A stretch of DNA of 54,874 nt from an uncultured bacterium (lineage in GTDB: Bacteria > Patescibacteriota > Patescibacteriia > Patescibacteriales > SZUA-104): the NCBI GenBank assembly GCA_913009695.1, contig CAJVWV010000001.1:1-54874 (forward strand), given 5' to 3'. Made by a program: the position numbers and the translations under genes. Under the pieces are notes generated by a model. It did not search any database, was not told the DNA's origin, and saw nothing but the letters and a program-made list of their open reading frames with translations. Positions 34,443 to 44,665 of this stretch are shown piece after piece; the stretch's first letter is position 1; each line of letters begins with the position of its first letter.

Positions 34443-34823
34443 TTACGAACCTAATACTTTTTTAACTTTTTCAACGACTTCAGCTGGCGTAAAATGAGCT
34501 TTTATTAAATAATCGTTCGCGCCCATGCTCATGCCCCTTTCAATGTCGTTCTTCTGGCTTAAGTTAGTTAATAAAATTACCGGTATCTTTTTTAATTTTT
34601 CATCAAACTTTAACTTTTGCAGAACTTCAAAACCGTCAACTTTTGGTAATATTATGTCCAACAAAATTATATCCAACGGCTTGCTTTCGGCTAATTTTAA
34701 ACCTTTTTCGCCATCACCCGCGGCATACACCTCAAAATTTTCTAATTCAAATTTCGCGGTATACATACTTAATAAAAAAGAATCATCTTCAATTAATAAA
34801 ATTTTTATTTTATTGTCCGGCAT
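34443..34823 (-). CDS. Stand-alone response-regulator receiver domain (CheY/PilH-like)
   Basis: 126 aa; KILLIEDD...DIILLDIILPKVDGFEVL...LTNLSQ...KAHF. Confidence 0.85.
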   Translation of the reverse strand: MPDNKIKILLIEDDSFLLSMYTAKFELENFEVYAAGDGEKGLKLAESKPLDIILLDIILPKVDGFEVLQKLKFDEKLKKIPVILLTNLSQKNDIERGMSMGANDYLIKAHFTPAEVVEKVKKVLGS

Positions 34824-34892
34824 AAATTTTTTATACTTTATTAAATTAATTTATTTGAGACTTATCTTTAAATATTCTTTCAACAACAGTGC

Positions 34893-36638
34893 CTATTCAG
34901 GCAAAACTCTTATAATTTCTTCCATTGACGTAAGTCCCATTAAAACTTTAATTAAACTATCTTGTCTTATAGTTAAAAATTTTTGACTTTTTAACACATC
35001 TTCATTTTTTAAATTTTTTTTACCGCTCATTATAATTTCTTTTATCTCATCATTAATGTCAATTACTTCCGCGATAACCATTCTACTGCTATATCCCGAA
35101 TTACCGCAACGGGAACAACCGCTCCCATGATAAAAATTAAGCTTATTAATGTCAAAATCTGGCAATGCTTTCTTTATTATCTCTTGAGGAATCTTGCTAA
35201 TTTCTTCTCTTACGCTTGATAAAATATCTGGCGGCAGCTTGTCTTTGGTTTTACAATGAGAGCAAATCCTTCTTACCAGTCTTTGGGCCGCAATAGTATT
35301 TAGGGTTGACCCAAGTAAAAATGGCTCAATGCCCATGTCAATAAGCCTTGGAATCGCGCCAACAGCATCATTAGTGTGAAGCGTTGATAAAACGAAATGG
35401 CCGGTTAAACCGGCGTGAACCGCTAATTCAGCCGTTTCATTGTCTCTAATTTCTCCTACCATTACAACATCAGGGTCCTGACGCAACATAGAGCGCAAAC
35501 CGTTAGCAAACGTATATCCTATTTCCGGCCTAACTTGGGATTGATTAACGCCCTTAATATAATATTCAATCGGATCTTCAAGGGTAGAAATATTTATACC
35601 ATCTTTATTAATTTTATTTAATATTGTAAAAATTGTGGTTGATTTTCCGGAACCAGTCGGACCGGTAACCAAAAACATGCCATCTGACTTCTTAATATTT
35701 TTTCTTATTATTTCAAGGCTAAAACCAACAAATCCAAGCTGCTCTAATTTGAGCGCTTCCTGCGTTATATCAAGTATTCTCATAACTACCTTCTCCTCTC
35801 CCAATAGGGGCAGCACGGAAACACGTAAATCAATTTCCCTATCATCAAGATTAATTTTAATTCTTCCATCTTGCGGAAGCCGAGTTTCATCAAGCTTTAA
35901 ATTAGCTAATACTTTAATACGACCCACGATCGCGTCATGTATGTCTTTCGGTAAAATTAAAGACGTTCCCAGTATACCGTCTATGCGATAACGCACTCGA
36001 GTTTCATTTGGCAAAGGCTCAATATGGATATCACTAGCCCTACCGTCAACCGCGTGGCGTATAATAACTGAAACAATTTTAGCAACAGGCGCTGTCTTCG
36101 TCACATCCTCAAGCCCCTCCCCTTTTTTCTTTTTTATCTTCTCAAATTCCTCCGCTTCCTCCTCGGCTTTTGTCCTTAAGGCTGTTGAAACTTCTTTTCT
36201 TAACGTTTTGTATTGCTTAAACGCGATATTAAAACTTAAATCTGAAATAATATAATATTCTACTTGAAATTTTTCTTCTTTAGCTAAAAAATCAACTGCT
36301 TCAATAGCTTTAAAATTATCCGGATTAACAATTCCTACTTTAATTTTATTATCTAATCGTTCAAAACAAATTATTTTATAATTTTCCGCGACCTCAATGG
36401 GAATTATACTTAAGGCCTTATCGGTCATTTTTTTGCTTGCTAGATTTTCGTAACTCATACTATAGACCCTAGCCTTTATCTTCGCCAAATCCTCGTAATC
36501 AACTATTTTTTTTTCAAGCAATATTTCTTCTATTGATTTTTCTGAAGAAACCGCGGTTTTCTTTATTTCCTCAAGCACTAAAGAACTAATTAATTTATCC
36601 TGTAATAACAAATTTAATATATTATCTTGTTTGCTCAT
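34893..36638 (-). CDS. pilB: Type IV pilus assembly ATPase
   Basis: 581 aa; intact Walker A GPTGSGKST, DPDVVMVGEIRD, His box TGHFVLSTLHT, tetracysteine CSHC...CSRC. Confidence 0.95.
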   Translation of the reverse strand: MSKQDNILNLLLQDKLISSLVLEEIKKTAVSSEKSIEEILLEKKIVDYEDLAKIKARVYSMSYENLASKKMTDKALSIIPIEVAENYKIICFERLDNKIKVGIVNPDNFKAIEAVDFLAKEEKFQVEYYIISDLSFNIAFKQYKTLRKEVSTALRTKAEEEAEEFEKIKKKKGEGLEDVTKTAPVAKIVSVIIRHAVDGRASDIHIEPLPNETRVRYRIDGILGTSLILPKDIHDAIVGRIKVLANLKLDETRLPQDGRIKINLDDREIDLRVSVLPLLGEEKVVMRILDITQEALKLEQLGFVGFSLEIIRKNIKKSDGMFLVTGPTGSGKSTTIFTILNKINKDGINISTLEDPIEYYIKGVNQSQVRPEIGYTFANGLRSMLRQDPDVVMVGEIRDNETAELAVHAGLTGHFVLSTLHTNDAVGAIPRLIDMGIEPFLLGSTLNTIAAQRLVRRICSHCKTKDKLPPDILSSVREEISKIPQEIIKKALPDFDINKLNFYHGSGCSRCGNSGYSSRMVIAEVIDINDEIKEIIMSGKKNLKNEDVLKSQKFLTIRQDSLIKVLMGLTSMEEIIRVLPE

Positions 36639-36671
36639 ATATTATAATATGTAATAACATTATTTCTTTAT

Positions 36672-37010
36672 TTATTGTTTCGCCTCAAATGGATTTTGTT
36701 TGCCAATAGAAATTTCAGATGTTTTTAACGGTGTATTATCCTTAAGTTTGCTATACTTTGGATCATTAAAAATATTAATATCAAGCATGTTTTTTCCATA
36801 ACCATTAACGTCAACTTCTTGCCCGCCATCGCCGACTATGCCCAATTCACCGTATTCTTTCTCAAATAAATCTCTTGACTCCTTAAATTTATTGCCGACC
36901 GTTAATTTATAATTTTTGTATAGAAAAAAAATAGATCCGCCAAACATAACAAGCATTATAATAAAATACATTATCATTTTTTTTGCATTAATTTTTTTTG
37001 ACTTTAACAT
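36672..37010 (-). CDS. Small single-pass membrane protein in the pilMNO-pilB block (PilP position; function unassigned)
   Basis: 112 aa; one TM segment; C-terminal ...IGKQNPFEAKQ. Assignment is by position only. Confidence 0.4.
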   Translation of the reverse strand: MLKSKKINAKKMIMYFIIMLVMFGGSIFFLYKNYKLTVGNKFKESRDLFEKEYGELGIVGDGGQEVDVNGYGKNMLDINIFNDPKYSKLKDNTPLKTSEISIGKQNPFEAKQ

Positions 37011-37036
37011 AACAAAGAATTCTATTTATATTTTTA

Positions 37037-37636
37037 TTATTTTTCACTGCTATTTAAATAATAAGTAGTTATATCAAGCGAAGTTGTATTTCCCGTTGGA
37101 TCAAAGGACAAATTATTAATATCCATCAGTCGTAAATTATTTTCAATTGCTTTGAGCAAATTCTTAAAACCGACATAATCCGTGCCGACTACGTTAATAT
37201 TAATTTTTATTTTTTTTATTTCCTGGGATATGCCTTTGTCTGTTGGCGCGCCCCCCATATTCTCAACCTGTATTGAAGTTAAAAGCAATCCATTTTTTAA
37301 TATTATTCCCTCTATCTCAGGAAGCAGGCTCTCAATGTCCTTTTTGTCCGGAAGCATAATATTAACTTTATTTATGTCAGAAACATTAATTTTTAAATAT
37401 TCAGCCTGTAATTTTTTTAATTGGTTATAATATTTTTGGCGATTTAAATACTCTAAATTTTCTTTTCTTCCCCCCGCCTCAATATCAAAAGATATTTGTT
37501 TATATTTAGGCAAGACAATAAATAAGTATCCAGCGAATAAAAATAAAGAAACAATCAAAACCAAAATTATTTTGAAATAAAAGTTAAAAAAGATGTTTAT
37601 TTGATTTTTTATTTGCTTAATTTTATCTTTCTCCAT
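37037..37636 (-). CDS. pilO: PilO-like pilus alignment protein
   Basis: 199 aa; TM segment, coiled coil and a C-terminal alpha/beta domain; lies downstream of the PilN-like gene. Confidence 0.55.
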   Translation of the reverse strand: MEKDKIKQIKNQINIFFNFYFKIILVLIVSLFLFAGYLFIVLPKYKQISFDIEAGGRKENLEYLNRQKYYNQLKKLQAEYLKINVSDINKVNIMLPDKKDIESLLPEIEGIILKNGLLLTSIQVENMGGAPTDKGISQEIKKIKININVVGTDYVGFKNLLKAIENNLRLMDINNLSFDPTGNTTSLDITTYYLNSSEK

Positions 37637-37660
37637 AAAACAAATTTTTATAATTAGCCT

Positions 37661-38875
37661 TTACTTAATAAAAATATTTTTATCAACCGTTAATTTTAAT
37701 TGAAAATCAATTCTATTTGAACCGTCTTCAGGGGAAACACTATTTATTGTTCCGCCGCCCACAAGAGCCTCAACGACATAATCGTTTGAACGCAATGTAT
37801 TGACTTGATCTAAAATTACTTTAAAATCTTTTGTTTTGCCTGCCAATGAATATTCCCCGTTAGTATCGCCGGAAAAAGAAAGAAAATAAACGTCCGATAA
37901 AATATTGTTCTCTAAGAACCTAAAAAAATTAGTCCAATAAATATGTTTATTAAGAGTATCACCGGCTAATTTTATTTTTTTCCACACAACAACATTTTTT
38001 TTCACATCCTCCTCAAGAATCTTTATCTGCTTATTCAGGCCGTTAATCTTGCTTGAATAAATATTTTCTTGTCCTTTTTTTTGTAACTCCCATAACACCA
38101 GGCCGCCGTAAGCCCCGCCTATAATAAAACTGGATACAACAACATAAATCATCATAATTCTAAAACCTTTTTTCCAGTCAAAAAAAGATGATATTTCACC
38201 TCTGGCCAGATTTGTTTCAAGCGTCTTTGGATTTTGCCATATTTTTTGCTCTGTTATGCCGTCAAATTTACTCTTTTTTTCCTTGCTAACATTGATACTA
38301 ATTTTCTGACTGCTATGTTTAGAACTTCTTTCTGGAAAAATTGGTTCTTTTTTTATCACATTTTCTTTATTAGTTTTTTTATTATTAGCGGTGGATTTAA
38401 AGCTTGTCAATAAATCATTAGACCGGTTTTTCTTCTGAAATATTTTTTTAAACCATTGGCTCAAGTCTTTCTTTTTCTTTTGTTTTTTTATATCGGTAAC
38501 TTGCGCTTGCGCTTCTTTTTTTTGGTCCTTTGATTTAAACAAAATCTTTTTCTCTTCATCCTTAATTAAACTCATTACTTCATGCCTGGAGCTTTTTAAC
38601 CGATCCTTATCTATATCAAGAATATCTTTTTGACTTTTTACTATTTTTTCTTTAGAAGCGGTCTTTTTAATATCATCATTGGGCGCTCTCTTAACTTTTT
38701 TAAAAAAAGAAAACAAGCCCAAAAATTTACCTTTTCTCGGCTTATCTTTTGAAGTTAAGGAAGATGTAAATTTTTCTTTCTTCGGACTTGACCATTCTAT
38801 CTTTTGTTTTTTTTCATCTTTTTTCTTAACCTCTGAATGATCTTCGTTGTTTGATAAAAAATTAATATCAGACAT
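37661..38875 (-). CDS. pilN: PilN-like protein with ~220-aa Lys-rich N-terminal extension
   Basis: 404 aa. The C-terminal third has a TM segment (IMMIYVVVSSFIIGGAYGGLVLW), a coiled coil and a PilN-like domain. The N-terminus is low-complexity K/S/E-rich. Confidence 0.55.
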   Translation of the reverse strand: MSDINFLSNNEDHSEVKKKDEKKQKIEWSSPKKEKFTSSLTSKDKPRKGKFLGLFSFFKKVKRAPNDDIKKTASKEKIVKSQKDILDIDKDRLKSSRHEVMSLIKDEEKKILFKSKDQKKEAQAQVTDIKKQKKKKDLSQWFKKIFQKKNRSNDLLTSFKSTANNKKTNKENVIKKEPIFPERSSKHSSQKISINVSKEKKSKFDGITEQKIWQNPKTLETNLARGEISSFFDWKKGFRIMMIYVVVSSFIIGGAYGGLVLWELQKKGQENIYSSKINGLNKQIKILEEDVKKNVVVWKKIKLAGDTLNKHIYWTNFFRFLENNILSDVYFLSFSGDTNGEYSLAGKTKDFKVILDQVNTLRSNDYVVEALVGGGTINSVSPEDGSNRIDFQLKLTVDKNIFIK

Positions 38876-38942
38876 ATAAATTTAGAATTAAGAATGTAGA
38901 ATTTAGAATATAATTTTTCACTCTTAATTCTAAGCTCTTAAT

Positions 38943-39983
38943 TTACACGATATCCCTCATGGCCAGGCCAACAGCAACGGACATCCTCGGCCCGATTTCA
39001 TCCAACGTTAATTTTAATTCAGTCGGGTAAGAAATCCTTGACCATGGATTGCCTATTATGACCTGTTTATCTATTATTTTTGATAAATAATTTGTAAAAT
39101 CAACAAGAAGCGCCGAGCCGCCGGAAAAAATAACTTTATCAATTTGTTTATCACTTTTGCCCTGAAACATATTTAAAGAATGTTTTATTTCATTAACAAT
39201 CGGCTGAATAGTATCAGCTATTGTTTTCGGTATGATGCTTGTTTCAGATTCAAAAGAACCAACGCCTAAATCATATTTAAATTGCTCCGCTCTTTCTATG
39301 CCAATATTTAAATTACCGCTTATTGCTTTTGTAATAGTTAAGCCGCCAACATCAACACTTCGTGAAAGCACGGGTATGCCATTTTCCACTATCGCGATAT
39401 CGGTTGTGTTAGCTCCAATCTCCACAAGAACTACCGTAGACTTATCGTTTCCCAGTAAAACTCTTATAAGGGAAAAAGTCTCTGTTTCCAGACTTAATAA
39501 ATTTATTTGAGCCTTTTTAAAAATTTCAATATACTTTTTTATTAATACGCGGGGCGCCCCTGTTAGAAAAACCTTTATATCGCCTTTTTTCGCGTTATCA
39601 TCTTTTATGATTTTCCAATCCAAAATCATCTCGTCTAAAGGAAGTGGGATGACCTTTTTGGCCTCCCAATGAACCGCGGATTTCATATCTTTCTGGGCAA
39701 CGTTTGATAAATTAAGAATTGAAGAAAAAACAGAAAAAGTCGGCAAAGACGCGATAGCGCTTCTGCTTACCATTCCCGAGTCTTTCCAAATTTTATTAAT
39801 AATACCTGCCATATAATCGGGGTCATTGTTTTTATTCTCAATTTTTCCAATATTTTTGTTTTCACTAAATCCATAGCTAAATAATTTGGCCTTTCCGCCC
39901 TCTTTTTTTAATTCAACCATTTTAACCCCAAAAGTACCAATATCAATACCTAAATAGCCCCTGTTTGAAGAAAATAAACCCAT
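38943..39983 (-). CDS. pilM: Type IV pilus assembly protein PilM (actin-like ATPase)
   Basis: 346 aa; GIDIGTFGVKMVEL...VEIGANTTDIAIV...FSGGSALL. Confidence 0.9.
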   Translation of the reverse strand: MGLFSSNRGYLGIDIGTFGVKMVELKKEGGKAKLFSYGFSENKNIGKIENKNNDPDYMAGIINKIWKDSGMVSRSAIASLPTFSVFSSILNLSNVAQKDMKSAVHWEAKKVIPLPLDEMILDWKIIKDDNAKKGDIKVFLTGAPRVLIKKYIEIFKKAQINLLSLETETFSLIRVLLGNDKSTVVLVEIGANTTDIAIVENGIPVLSRSVDVGGLTITKAISGNLNIGIERAEQFKYDLGVGSFESETSIIPKTIADTIQPIVNEIKHSLNMFQGKSDKQIDKVIFSGGSALLVDFTNYLSKIIDKQVIIGNPWSRISYPTELKLTLDEIGPRMSVAVGLAMRDIV

Positions 39984-40214
39984 ATTAATTTAGTTGATTA
40001 GGGGTTAGTTAATTGGTTGATTAGGGATTTAAATACAAAAAAATTTAATTTTTTAATAATTTAAAACTAATCACTATTTAACTAAGCAACTAATCACCGG
40101 CCTGTTTGTTTAAACGCTTAAAATGTTATATAATAAAAACTAGAAACTATTTCTCAAAATACTTGTGCACAATATATATTATTATAACATATTATTAACT
40201 AGAAAACAAAATAA

Positions 40215-41453
40215 ATGGGATTCTTTACAAAATACAAAAAAATACTATTCTTGATAGTATTTATATTAATAGTTATCGCGCTTGGATACTTAATTTACTT
40301 TTTGTTTTTTAAACCTGTTCCCTCTGAACCGCCTGTCGCGAAACCGCCTGTTACTGCTACGCCGAGGGGGCTGCCTGTTGCCGAGGTTGGACCTGGCCAG
40401 ATTATTACGCCTACCGAAGAGGCTGGATTTCCGATAGACGGCGCGCCGACCGAACTTGCGCCCAGCAAAGTCGCCAGCGGAGGATTAACGCAAACCAAAA
40501 CTCTTAACAATATACCCAGTCTTGGCGCGACTATAAGTTCTAATGGCTCTGATTTGCAATACTACAATATTGCAGATGGAAAATTTTACCGCATAGATAA
40601 AAACGGAAACTTGTCCGCTTTATCGGACGAAATATTTCATTCCGTAGAAAACGTTACATGGTCCCCCAATAAAAACAAGGCTATTTTAGAATACCCTGAC
40701 GGGGCTAATACTGTATACGATTTTTCAACCGACAAACAAGTTACTCTGCCAAGCCATTGGAAAGATTTTGATTTTTCGCCAAGCGGAGACCAAATAGTTA
40801 TGAAAAGTATGGGGCTTGATCCTAACAACCGCTGGCTGGCTATTGTAAATGACGACGGAACAAAATCACGCGCTATTGAATCTTTGGGTGAAAAAGACGC
40901 GACCGTCTATCCTTCATGGTCCCCAAACAACCAGACAATCGCTATGTATACCGAAGGAGTAAGCTTTGACCGGCAAGAAGTATTCTTTGTCGGTTTAAAT
41001 AATGAAAATTTCAAATCTACAATTATTGAAGGTAGAGGCTTTCAGCCAAAATGGCAGCCATCAGGCGAAAAGCTTCTTTACAGCGTCTACTCTTCTGATA
41101 CGGATTTAAAACCCAATCTGTGGATTGTTAACGCGAATGGAGAAAACATTGGCTCAGGCAGAAAAAATTTAAATATAGAAACATGGGCGGATAAATGCGC
41201 TTTCGCGGATAACACAAGCCTATATTGTGCTGTTCCAAAAAATTTAGAACAGGGCGCCGGTCTTTTCCCTGAACTGGCTCAAAATACAACCGACAATCTT
41301 TATAAAATAGATACACGCACCGGAGTAAAAAAATTAGTAGCTGTCCCTGACGGAAATTACAATATGTCAAACATAATTATCTCCGATAACGGCTATAACC
41401 TTTATTTTACCGACGAATCTTCAGGCAGACTGTATACGATTAAGTTGAAGTAG
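40215..41453 (+). CDS. Membrane-anchored TolB-like PD40 beta-propeller protein
   Basis: 412 aa; N-terminal TM segment, Pro-rich linker, repeated WSPN/FSPSG/WQPSG PD40 motifs. Confidence 0.7.
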   Translation: MGFFTKYKKILFLIVFILIVIALGYLIYFLFFKPVPSEPPVAKPPVTATPRGLPVAEVGPGQIITPTEEAGFPIDGAPTELAPSKVASGGLTQTKTLNNIPSLGATISSNGSDLQYYNIADGKFYRIDKNGNLSALSDEIFHSVENVTWSPNKNKAILEYPDGANTVYDFSTDKQVTLPSHWKDFDFSPSGDQIVMKSMGLDPNNRWLAIVNDDGTKSRAIESLGEKDATVYPSWSPNNQTIAMYTEGVSFDRQEVFFVGLNNENFKSTIIEGRGFQPKWQPSGEKLLYSVYSSDTDLKPNLWIVNANGENIGSGRKNLNIETWADKCAFADNTSLYCAVPKNLEQGAGLFPELAQNTTDNLYKIDTRTGVKKLVAVPDGNYNMSNIIISDNGYNLYFTDESSGRLYTIKLK

Positions 41454-41512
41454 GATTTCGTATAACATGCAAAATAACGTTATTAATAGGAAAACATTTC
41501 ATATAATAACCA

Positions 41513-41566
41513 GTTATGTGAAATTGCCAGAAATTTCTTTATTATTTTTTAAATTTTTTTGGCAAT
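41513..41566 (+). repeat. Left inverted repeat of a single-gene cassette
   Basis: gttatgtga...cagaaatttcttt...attatt...tttttttggcaat; blocks of 9, 13 and 12+ nt match the reverse complement of 42014-42066. Confidence 0.65.
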
Positions 41567-41629
41567 TTATTTTTAGGTCGTGCATAACTTGTGATATAAT
41601 TTAGTTATTAATAATTAATCAATAAAATT

Positions 41630-42013
41630 ATGAGTAAATTTAAAGAAACATCAGTTCCACTACAAGAAAAATCCCCATACCAAGGGCTTAAGAAAAATAT
41701 AGTAAGTAATGGTAAGTTATTGACAGGTGAAAGGGGGGATGGCATGTATGAAGTCTACTGGGACAACAATATTATTGCTACTGTTGATAAAGACGAGGCA
41801 AGAGATTTAAGAAATTTATTAGAAGGTCACAAAATCGATCCAACAGGAAAATCTTTAGATGAGCTTCGAGAAATGGTTAAGGTCAAAGAAGAACATGAGA
41901 ATTCCCCAGAATTTAAAGCTGAAAAAGTAGCCAAGCAAGTCAAAAAGTCTATTACTGATGAAGAATGGGAGTTGTTAGTTCAGCACATTAAGAACGAATC
42001 TAAAGAAAAATAA
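41630..42013 (+). CDS. Hypothetical cytoplasmic protein (charged, no family recognised)
   Basis: 127-aa ORF; its stop codon directly abuts the right inverted repeat. Confidence 0.5.
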   Translation: MSKFKETSVPLQEKSPYQGLKKNIVSNGKLLTGERGDGMYEVYWDNNIIATVDKDEARDLRNLLEGHKIDPTGKSLDELREMVKVKEEHENSPEFKAEKVAKQVKKSITDEEWELLVQHIKNESKEK

Positions 42014-42066
42014 ATTGCCAAAAAAATAATAATAAGGAAAAGAAATTTCTGTCTACATCACATAAC
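42014..42066 (-). repeat. Right inverted repeat of the single-gene cassette
   Basis: The reverse complement reads gttatgtgatgtagacagaaatttcttttccttattattatttttttggcaat. Confidence 0.65.
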
Positions 42067-42326
42067 ACGGCAGGCTGTCGAAAAACCCCAATTTTTGCCG
42101 TTTTTTAAAATTTTTTTAGCTAATTTTAGCATACCAAATTTTTCAAAATGGAGTTATTAGACGGTCTGACGGGATAAGCGGTTCAGGGCTAATACGATTA
42201 TATATTTACATTAATGAATTGTATTAGCCCTTCACCCAAATTTTTATTTTCTCTTTCTTTAAAATAATGAGGAAAGAAAATAAAAACTTCGCTTGATCCC
42301 GAAACGTTAAATGAAATAATAAAATA

Positions 42327-43067
42327 ATGTTTAAATATTTTAAAAATAAAAAATTCTCTACTCCCCTTTTCGTAACTTTATCGCTGGCAGCTTTAATTTT
42401 ATTGCCGGTGTTTTTTATTATTTTTAAATCCATTTTAGGAATTGAAAATGAAAAAAGAGCGCAAGTTAATTATTCTGTTCAAAACGACGGCTATGATATA
42501 TCCGACCCTTTTATAACTAAAGTTCCGCAATTAAAAGATTTACTGGATGGACCTATTATTGACGGAAATGATCCGAGCTTAGGAAACGAAAATGCGGCTA
42601 TTACAATTGTTGAATTTTCTGATTATGAATGCGCTTTTTGCGAGAACCAGGAAAAAGTTATAAAAGAAGTTAAAGAAGAATACGGAGATAAAATTAGATT
42701 AATCTGGAAAGACTATCCAATAAATAATGAATTGACGCCCTCGTACCAAGCCGCAATTGCCGGAAGATGCGCGGCTGAACAGGATGAGTTTTGGGCATAC
42801 CACGATATTCTTTTTGAAGAAAGCCATAATTTAAATGCGACTACCTTTTCTGAAATTGCCCAAGAACTTAATTTAGATTTAAGTATATTTAAAAAATGTC
42901 TAAAAGATGTTAATATAAAAAAGTTAGTTGATAATAACATTAAAGAAGCCAACGCTTTAGATATTAACGGAATACCGTTTATTTATGTTAATAAACAGGA
43001 AGTTATGGGAGAAATTAGCCTAGATGAACTAAGGAGGATTATTGATATTGAATTGGTGAAGCATTAA
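42327..43067 (+). CDS. Membrane-anchored DsbA-family thiol:disulfide oxidoreductase
   Basis: 246 aa; TM anchor; FSDYECAFCENQ CxxC; paralogous in layout to 13371..14141. Confidence 0.8.
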   Translation: MFKYFKNKKFSTPLFVTLSLAALILLPVFFIIFKSILGIENEKRAQVNYSVQNDGYDISDPFITKVPQLKDLLDGPIIDGNDPSLGNENAAITIVEFSDYECAFCENQEKVIKEVKEEYGDKIRLIWKDYPINNELTPSYQAAIAGRCAAEQDEFWAYHDILFEESHNLNATTFSEIAQELNLDLSIFKKCLKDVNIKKLVDNNIKEANALDINGIPFIYVNKQEVMGEISLDELRRIIDIELVKH

Positions 43068-43180
43068 TTGAAATTTTATAATTTTTAATTTTTAAATAAA
43101 TCTTAATTTTTAATTTTTTTAAACATTAAAGCATTAGAAATTATTTAAAAATTAAAAATTAGAAATTAAAAATTCTTTTT
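43068..43180. repeat. Intergenic AT-rich heptamer-periodic inverted repeat (dsbA/radA spacer)
   Basis: It shares a 37-nt block (43138-43174) with 16167-16203, with one mismatch. Confidence 0.75.
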
Positions 43181-44521
43181 ATGAATATAAAAAGCCTTTA
43201 CGTTTGCTCTAATTGCGACGCCCAATCATCTAAATGGAATGGGCGTTGTTTAGAATGTGGCGCGTGGGGGACTTTGCAGATGCAGACTATTGAACCAAAA
43301 AAAGCCGGAAAAGAAAAGCTTTCCGTGTCTCCTGCTCCTATTGTTAACCTTAATAATCTAGATGAAAAAAATGAGAACCGAATTAAAACTAATATTAGCG
43401 AAGTAGATAGAGTTTTAGGCGACGGTGTTATGCCCGGTTCTTTAATACTTCTTTCCGGCGAACCGGGAATCGGTAAATCTACGATTGTCGCGCAAATTGC
43501 GGATGCTATTGGTAAAAATAATGCGCCAGTTATATACGCTAGCGGAGAAGAATCAGCCGGACAAATAAAATCCCGTTTCAACAGGTTAAAATGCGATAGT
43601 AATAATATCCAATTTATTTCCGAAACCAATGTTGAAAAAATTATGGCAACCGCCGAAGAAATAAAACCCTCTCTTCTCGTAATTGATTCTATTCAGACGG
43701 TTTACACGCATTCGGTTGATTCCGAGGCGGGCAGTTTAAGTCAAATTAGAGCCAGCGCGGTTAATTTTTTAGAAATGGCGAAGCAAAAAAATATAGCTGT
43801 AATTTTAGTCGGGCATGTTACTAAAGACGGAATAATCGCCGGCCCCAAATCGCTAGAACATATTGTTGATACTGTAATTTATTTAGAAACTGAAAGTAGA
43901 CAGGAATTCCGAATTCTTCGCGCTACAAAAAATAGATTCGGCTCTATTAATGAATTGGGCATCTTTGAAATGACCGGAGAGGGTTTTAAAGAAATAAAAA
44001 ATCCAGGCGCGATATTTTTAGAAACCGCTCAAGACAAAATTTCCGGGTCGGTTATTAGTTGCATCATTGAAGGCACAAGGCCGTTCTTAGTTGAAATTCA
44101 GGCATTAGTTACGAAAACAGTCTTCGGCTATCCGCAAAGAAAAGCGTCAGGTTTTGATTTAAATAGATTGCAGGTTTTAATCGCGGTCCTAACTAAACGC
44201 GCTAAAGTTAATTTAACTAATCAGGATGTTATCTTAAACGTTGTCGGCGGATTAAAAATTAACGACCCCGGACTTGATTTAGCGATTTGTTTAGCCATTA
44301 CATATTCTCTTCTTAATCAAACCGTTGACAGAAAAACAATCGCTTTAGGCGAAGTCGGTTTAGGCGGAGAAATTCGCAATATTTCAAAACTGGAACAAAG
44401 ATTAAAAGAAGCGGAAAAACTTGGATTTACTAAAGCGATAGTGCCTGATACAAACATTAAAGCCAAAAATATAAAATTAACTAAAATAAAAAATATAAAC
44501 GATATTGTTAAAAAAATATAA
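43181..44521 (+). CDS. radA: DNA repair protein RadA/Sms
   Basis: 446 aa; Zn ribbon CSNCDAQSSKWNGRCLECGAW, Walker A GEPGIGKST, KNRFG motif, Lon-like C-terminal domain. Confidence 0.95.
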   Translation: MNIKSLYVCSNCDAQSSKWNGRCLECGAWGTLQMQTIEPKKAGKEKLSVSPAPIVNLNNLDEKNENRIKTNISEVDRVLGDGVMPGSLILLSGEPGIGKSTIVAQIADAIGKNNAPVIYASGEESAGQIKSRFNRLKCDSNNIQFISETNVEKIMATAEEIKPSLLVIDSIQTVYTHSVDSEAGSLSQIRASAVNFLEMAKQKNIAVILVGHVTKDGIIAGPKSLEHIVDTVIYLETESRQEFRILRATKNRFGSINELGIFEMTGEGFKEIKNPGAIFLETAQDKISGSVISCIIEGTRPFLVEIQALVTKTVFGYPQRKASGFDLNRLQVLIAVLTKRAKVNLTNQDVILNVVGGLKINDPGLDLAICLAITYSLLNQTVDRKTIALGEVGLGGEIRNISKLEQRLKEAEKLGFTKAIVPDTNIKAKNIKLTKIKNINDIVKKI

Positions 44522-44560
44522 TATCTAATTCAACCAATAAACAAATATTTTGTGTTTTAT

Positions 44561-44586
44561 CCGCCCAGCCATTCATGGCTGGGCGG
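44561..44586. terminator. GC-rich hairpin between the convergent radA and recG genes
   Basis: CCGCCCAGCC-attcat-GGCTGGGCGG has a perfect 10-bp stem. No clear U-run on either strand. Confidence 0.4.
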
Positions 44587-44665
44587 CGACGAAGCATAAA
44601 ATTTGGCTATATAAAATTTATTACTTATTAAATTTTTAGATGCTAAGGCTCGGTAAAAGCTATAT

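Noticed and set aside
44561-44586. The GC-rich hairpin as a member of mini-element family 1 or 2
   Set aside because: It shares only the general style (CCAGCC/GGCTGG arms like the recG twin hairpin) and lacks the family-defining arms and G-rich tail. It is kept as a plain hairpin.
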